Source: Octopus sinensis
Taxonomy: Eukaryota
Assembly (NCBI RefSeq): GCF_006345805.1
Contig: NW_021827534.1
Location: 1-27,590 of the forward strand
Reading direction: 5' to 3'
Length of the DNA stretch: 27,590 nt
A model generated the notes under the pieces. That model was given only the letters and a program-made list of their open reading frames with translations. It was not told the origin of the DNA and did no database searches. Below, one piece after another: positions 22,444 to 27,590 of this stretch. The position numbers were made by a program, and so were the translations under genes. The first letter of the stretch is position 1. Every line of letters starts with the position of its first letter.

Positions 22444-22640
22444 TAGGCGCAGGCCTGACTGTGTGTTCAGAAGTTTACTTCCAAACTTCGGGTTCAATTC
22501 TATTGCAAGGCACCTTGGACAAGTGTTTTCTACGGTAGCCTCAAACCGACCAAAGTTGTTTGAGTGGACTTTGGCTGACAGAAACTGTAAAAAGCTTGTT
22601 ATATATACATATATATAAATATGTGTGGTGTGTGTGTGAG
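22444..22640 (+). mobile_element. Family A SINE 5' half
   Basis: AGGCGCAGG...CGGGTTCAATTC...GGCACCTTGGACAAGTGTTTTCTAC.GTAGCCTC..ACCGACCAAAG...TGAGTGGA, then TA/TG repeats. Confidence 0.8.
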
Positions 22641-22681
22641 AATCAAAGGTCCTTCCTTAGCAAAGGGCCGGTTTTACTTAC

Positions 22682-22762
22682 CGGATATTGTGTTGCGTGT
22701 ATATTCACACCCAAGCTGATATGTCTGTGGTCCGTTTGAGACCTGGCTGTTAATTTTAGCAT
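22682..22762 (-). CDS. Candidate 81-nt symmetric exon on the minus strand, partly repeat-derived
   Basis: Acceptor TTTCTATCCGGTCTTTCCAG and consensus donor CCG/GTAAGT. Open in phase 1 as AKINSQVSNGPQTYQLGCEYTRNTIS and also in phase 0. Confidence 0.25.
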
Positions 22763-22854
22763 CTGGAAAGACCGGATAGAAACTCTCTAGCTCCAGATGT
22801 GATGGATGGGACACTGGTAAGAAATGGATATGCCGTATAATGAGCCATCTAGCA
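22738..22854 (+). repeat. Copy 2 of the local direct duplication
   Basis: Matches 21839-21953; preceded by the 18-mer ATATGTCTGTGGTCCGTT that also occurs at 21328-21345. Confidence 0.92.
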
Positions 22855-22962
22855 GGATTATTTATCTTTACCATCTGAGTGGAATAGAGTAACATGAAAC
22901 GAAGTCTTTTATTGAAGAGCACAAAGCTTGGCTCGGTCTAGGAATCGAAATCACAGTCTCAT
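22855..22962 (-). mobile_element. Family D tRNA-derived SINE fragment
   Basis: CTGAGTGGAATAGAG.AACATGAAACGAAGT...GGAATCGAAATCACA is colinear with 25795-25880. Confidence 0.7.
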
Positions 22963-23051
22963 CAAGCTACTTGCTCCTACCTGTGTGTGTGTAAGTGTGT
23001 GTGTGCGTGTGTGTGTGCGTGTGTGTGTGTGTAAGTGTGTGCGTGCGTGTG

Positions 23052-23261
23052 TGGCAGAACCATTAGCACGCCGGACAAAATGCCTAGCAGAATTTCGTCC
23101 GTCTTTACTTTGTGAGTTCAAATTCCACCGAGGTCGACTTTGCCTTTCATTCTTTTGGGTCGATAAAATAAGTACCAGTTGAGCACAAGAGTCGATGTGG
23201 TCGACTTACTCCCCAACTACCGAAATTGCTGGTCTTGTGCAAACATTTGAAATCATTATTA
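23052..23261 (+). mobile_element. Family B tRNA-derived SINE, well preserved
   Basis: TGGCAGAACCATTAGCACGCCGG; B box GTTCAAATTCC (23116-23126); central GCCTTTCATTCTTTTGGGTCGATAAAATAAGTACCAG resembles Meta/Nin-type SINE domains (I cannot tell which); ATT tail. Confidence 0.9.
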
Positions 23262-23272
23262 CAGACAGAAAT

Positions 23273-23481
23273 AGGGAAACGAGCTGGTAGACTCGTTAAC
23301 ACGCCGGTCAAAATGCTTAATGACGTTTCGTCCGTCTTTACGTTCTTAATTCAAATTCAACCGAAGTCCTCTATACCTTTCAATCCTTTCAGTGGTCGAT
23401 AAAATAAGTATAAGGTGAGCATTCGACTTTGTCCATCCCTCAAAATTGCTGGCCCTGGGCCAAAATTTGAAATTAATATTA
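23273..23481 (+). mobile_element. Second, more diverged family B SINE directly downstream of the first
   Basis: GAGCTGGTAGACTCGTTAACACGCCGG...TTTCGTCCGTCTTTACGTTC...GGTCGATAAAATAAGTA...AAAATTTGAAATTAATATTA. Confidence 0.85.
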
Positions 23482-23856
23482 CTCTAACTAACTCAACGTA
23501 TATTTAATAAAGGATACTTTCTCAAACACTGACATGGCATTATAAGTTAAAACAGGTTTCAATGAAATACATGAATATATTCTCGGTCAGAATATAAAGA
23601 TATTGCTCATGAAGTTGTTATTACTACACCATCCGTTATTGCGCGCAGCTTAACAAACGCGCGCTCATGCACATACAAACATACATACGTAGAGAAAATA
23701 GTGAGTAGGAAATACATCAAGCCGTTTCCAATAATGTTAATTCCAATGATGTGATCCTTTTAAAAGGTAGCCACAAGCTAGACATTTAGTATGTAGATTT
23801 CATAAATCAACTCTATGTTTCTAAGGATTATGTGGATGGACTTCAGTAAAACCATT

Positions 23857-23863
<7 letters not shown>

Positions 23864-23889
<26 letters not shown>

Positions 23890-23940
23890 TAACATATACG
23901 CGCACACACACATACACCCTACATATACATAGGTATATGA

Positions 23941-23988
<48 letters not shown>

Positions 23989-24011
23989 ATATATTTATAT
24001 ATATATATATC
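23864..24011. repeat. Compound (AT)/(CA)/(GT) microsatellite
   Basis: Direct reading of the sequence. Confidence 0.92.
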
Positions 24012-24797
24012 CATACAAGTGTTTGGTGTGATGCACGACACCGCGTGAATCAGAATGCAATATATATGAATATATTGCAAAGCCTTGCTGTGCGAGAAAT
24101 AAGAATGTAAACTCATTCCTATTATTGCTTTTGATGTGCGGTACATATGGAGAAGTCTACAGGAAGACATTTTTTCGGTTTGCTGACAGACTTCCAGCCA
24201 AGTATACTAGGTTTTCTCCGTCCATCAATGGAATTTAAAGGAATCAAAAATTAATTTATCACAATAGTGAACAACTTTGCATATTCTTGTTTTTGTATGC
24301 CTATCGTGAATTAAAAAGTGTTTTACACTAAAGTTTGCATTAATTTTATTAATAATGTTGTCCCAACTATGATAATATGATCATAGGGCAATCTTTAAGG
24401 ATACCATAATTGTAATTAAATATAGATTTGCACCGAAACTGTTATACCAGTCTGTTCATTGAAAATATAGGCAAAAGACACCCGCTCTTGTTTAGACTCA
24501 AAGGTTAAGGGGTACTTTTTACTGGCGAAACGCGTCATAATACCGGAGTACTACAATCATTTGCACCAAAGAGTCGGGCGTGTTATGAATACATTGTCGT
24601 TATAGGTGATGTGCACAAAAGCGATTAGGATATTTTGCATTCGAATTTGCCGCAAATCTCGAACGTATTTAGAATAAATATACGAGTCGTCGAAACTCGT
24701 ATAGTTTATTGTTCAGAAGTGGGATTATAATACATCTAAACGATTATTATTTGTATTTTTTACAGTACATTTTATCACATTAATAGTTTTAAAAAAA

Positions 24798-25701
24798 TAT
24801 TGGATTCTCTGAAAAAATCGTTTGTCTTTTTTTCTCTTTATATTATGATCCTTAATTTTTCATTAACGGTTTTAACATATCGGTCAATAATACAATCTCC
24901 TTCATTGTTCACGACATCTTACCAACATTCCACTAGGTTATCAATGCCAAGAAATCTCCTGGTCGTTAACTGAAGAATTCATTGAAATACATTTTCAGCT
25001 CCACGTCAAAACGCCTGGCAGACAGTTGGAGAGCGACCAAAAAGGGAAGTAATTTGAAGGCGCTATATCAGGATAATACGGTGGGTGCGATAGAACTTTC
25101 CAACAGAGCTCTTTAATCGCATTGTTGATAAAAATTTCGAGTTGGAGGCGAACTTTGTCATATTGAACAAGTACGCCGAGATGCTGGTGTTTCAACTGGA
25201 TTGCCCATCGAGTGAAAGTGACGCATAATGGTAACATGCGAGCATCCCATCAGGTAGACCAATTTTGTAGAGGAGTGGTGCAGATTCTCGAGGATAGGCT
25301 CGTTAAATTCATCCTCATTGAACTGAACAGGTTGTCCAGGATGCGGAGGGTTTGTGAGGTCGAATCTTCCCTTCTTGAAGCGTAAAAACCATTTCCTTGC
25401 ATTTCTTTCAGTAATAGAGCCTTTTCCACAAACAGCACAAATGTTTGGAGCAGATCTGTCAGCTTTGGAACCTTGATAGAAAGCGAAGAGAAGTAGGTAT
25501 CGAACATGCTAAATCTTTTCCCTACTTGGAATTCTATTGTCATATATTTGACAAGAAGTAAAATTTATTCAAATTTCAAAAGCAATAAACGAAAGTTCTT
25601 AGGGCGAAATACAACTGTAAAACTCCCAACTACACTATGATAATATTTTCATGTCAATTCAAATAACATTGGAAAGAAACGAACGAAGTTATGTTACAAT
25701 A
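24798..25701 (-). mobile_element. Decayed mariner (Tc1/mariner, DD34D) transposon with internally deleted transposase pseudogene
   Basis: Minus strand from about 25508 reads HVRYLLLFAFYQGSKA...ICAVCGKGSITERNARKWFLRFKKGRFDL...MGCSHVTIMRHFHSMG (mariner N-terminal HTH region). It jumps near 25200 to GVLVQYDKV...WKVLSHPPYYPDIAPSNY (YSPDLAP.D motif), then FFS*RPGDF..GIDNLVECW*DVVNNEGDCIID ending near 24883. Decayed termini TATTGGA... (24798) and ...CAATA (25701). Confidence 0.9.
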
Positions 25702-25724
25702 CACTCAAATAACACAAAGATCCG

Positions 25725-25924
25725 ATAGGGCCGATTTCATCAGTTTCCTTGGCATGTATATTCCCCATCGCAGTATTGCTAATTTTTGTCAGCTGAGTAA
25801 ACTGGAGTAGCGCAAAATGAAGTATTTTGCTCAAGAACACAACGCATTACCCAGTCCCAGAATCGAAATCACAATCTCACGATCATGAGTCAAAAACCCT
25901 AATCACCAAGCCACGTGCCTCCAC
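25725..25924 (-). mobile_element. Family D tRNA-derived SINE
   Basis: Minus strand: GGAGGCACGTGGCTTGGTGATTAGG (A box), TTTCGATTC (B box), then GTGTTCTTGAGCAAAATACTTCATTT...CTCAGCTGAC. Confidence 0.8.
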
Positions 25925-26003
25925 GACAATACATTACATTATTTATTTCTTTTGCATGCAACAATATACGCATGTACATGCAAACGGATACATGCAGCAT
26001 ATA

Positions 26004-26310
26004 TCGTCGTCGTCGAGTATCATACACTTTTTGCAGCGCGTTGATGACACTACAAGGAAAGACTTTCGATTAAGGGCAACTTCTCTCATTGGATGAAGCG
26101 CGTGTTCTTCCATCGGATAAAGACATCATACTTTCACTTAGTGCTTTCTTGGCAGAGATATTCAGGTGGTTTGCGATTGCCTACCCCAACTGGATGACCA
26201 TCGACCAACAACGAACTCATTTGTCCTTCGACAGGTCTTGCTTTAGTCCTTCTCGGTATCCAGATACTCTCCTAACAAGTGTAGCAAGTCACTCAAGCGG
26301 GGGGCCCGTT
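26004..26310 (-). mobile_element. RTE-like LINE 3' fragment with short (GAC)n tail
   Basis: Minus strand gives LE*LATLVRR (cf. RLEWLGHV.R), EGQM...HPVG and MREVALNRKSF (cf. A.DR..WR), then a GACGACGACGA tail at 26004-26015; multiple frameshifts. Confidence 0.5.
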
Positions 26311-26371
26311 TAGCCACCGAATATTCGAACCAGCTAGTTTATTATAATTTTCTTTGGTATAATCCTTATTT

Positions 26372-26390
26372 ACACACACACACATACAAA

Positions 26391-26453
<63 letters not shown>
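26372..26453. repeat. (CA)n/(TA)n microsatellite
   Basis: Direct reading of the sequence. Confidence 0.96.
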
Positions 26454-26455
<2 letters not shown>

Positions 26456-26929
26456 AAGTATTTACATCGAACATGTAAAATATAGAATACTAAGAGAATC
26501 CATAGTATCTTAACACGAAGCTGTTTCAGGAAGCTCGGATTTATGTAATAATCGCAATATTTATAATTGCGATTATTCAGATGGAATGTGCATTAAGTTT
26601 TGGTTTTGTAACCAGTAAACAGCTACACAGGTATTATCATAAGTACGGCTCCCTTCATCAAGAGAAAGTTGGCAAAGCAGTTCGTATAGTAGTGCTAGGC
26701 ATTTAAAGATTGAAAGGAGAGAGTAGGAATAGTAAAAACAAGAGGTAGTGAGAGGCTCCATACTAGTGACGATATCACCTCCGTTCCTACTTCGTGGATC
26801 ATATGAATCAGATCAGAATAGGACTTAACCCTAGGCCCACTGCCCGTGAGAAAACCTGTAAATGTCGGATCTCCTAGCTAAGTCCATTGGATGGATTTTT
26901 CTTATATTATAATGTATATAAATACTCAG

Positions 26930-27300
26930 TAATAACCCCACGTTTTTACCAGGCTAGGGTCTACTTTGGCGGCACTGTTTATTTCAAGCACCGCAACCGG
27001 GGTCACATGAATTCGTTCTCAAATGGACCCTCTAACGCCTCTATCTCCCGAGCTACATACATACACCACCTCAAGACCCAGAATATTCCTTACACTTTAT
27101 CCTAGTCGGAAATTTATAGGGCTTTCGTGTACAATAATAAGCACCGTGTTTGTAAGTTGTGTTACAGGGAATCTTTCGCTACCCTTCGCTATCATGAACC
27201 CTCGTTACTATCTCCATATCAGCTCGACTTGGATTTTTCTCATAGCCACTCCTAATGCCACGGAGTTGATCCAGGATGAATTCCGACTTTAATTTCACAT
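26930..27300 (-). mobile_element. Possible very old RTE-like RT fragment
   Basis: Scattered minus-strand peptides EIKVGIHPGS (cf. VKVGVHQGS), LRWCM and ENEF in the expected order but too close together and interrupted by stops. Confidence 0.3.
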
Positions 27301-27369
27301 AACTTGACATTCATTTAATCACTACTGAGTGTAATACTGAACATATCTAGCTCTCAAGTATTGTCTGTG

Positions 27370-27389
27370 TATACACACACACACACACA

Positions 27390-27453
<64 letters not shown>

Positions 27454-27485
27454 GTGTGTGTTAGTATGTATATGTGTGTGTACAT
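27370..27485. repeat. (CA)n/(TA)n/(TG)n microsatellite
   Basis: Direct reading of the sequence. Confidence 0.95.
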
Positions 27486-27590
27486 ATATCTTGCGATATC
27501 TTGGGAGGGTTATTAAGCTAATAATGCTAAACGCAAGCACTGGTTCAATTTCACTTCTTTATGGTTAATTATCAAGCCAACCAACTAATC

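Noticed and set aside
24527-24536. GAAACGCGTC, the typical stem III and cleavage site of Penelope-type minimal hammerheads
   Set aside because: No CTGANGA or stem I partner upstream; at best an unrecoverable relic.

Overview
Eukaryotic, AT-rich, microsatellite-saturated non-coding DNA with no intact protein-coding gene or RNA gene that I can support. Nearly all ORFs in the supplied track are translations of simple repeats. The interspersed repeats (several tRNA-derived SINE families, one with a CORE-like block) and the (AT)n/(CATA)n/(TCTA)n/(AAT)n load match what I recall of Octopus genomes; that assignment is from memory, not a search. Recognisable mobile DNA: a 5'-truncated non-LTR retrotransposon 3' end with an RLE-type C-terminus (1583-1968), a decayed internally deleted mariner (24798-25701), one RTE-like LINE fragment plus a weaker second, about 20 SINE copies or fragments, and several MITE/foldback elements. 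The most unusual items are: (i) a 376-bp element bounded by a 12-bp direct repeat, with tRNA halves on opposite strands and what looks like a broken minimal hammerhead ribozyme (8793-9168); (ii) three unrelated foldback elements packed into 630 bp (4325-4954); (iii) two local duplications; (iv) a few short candidate exons with good splice signals, suggesting the window may be intronic. All exon calls are low confidence.
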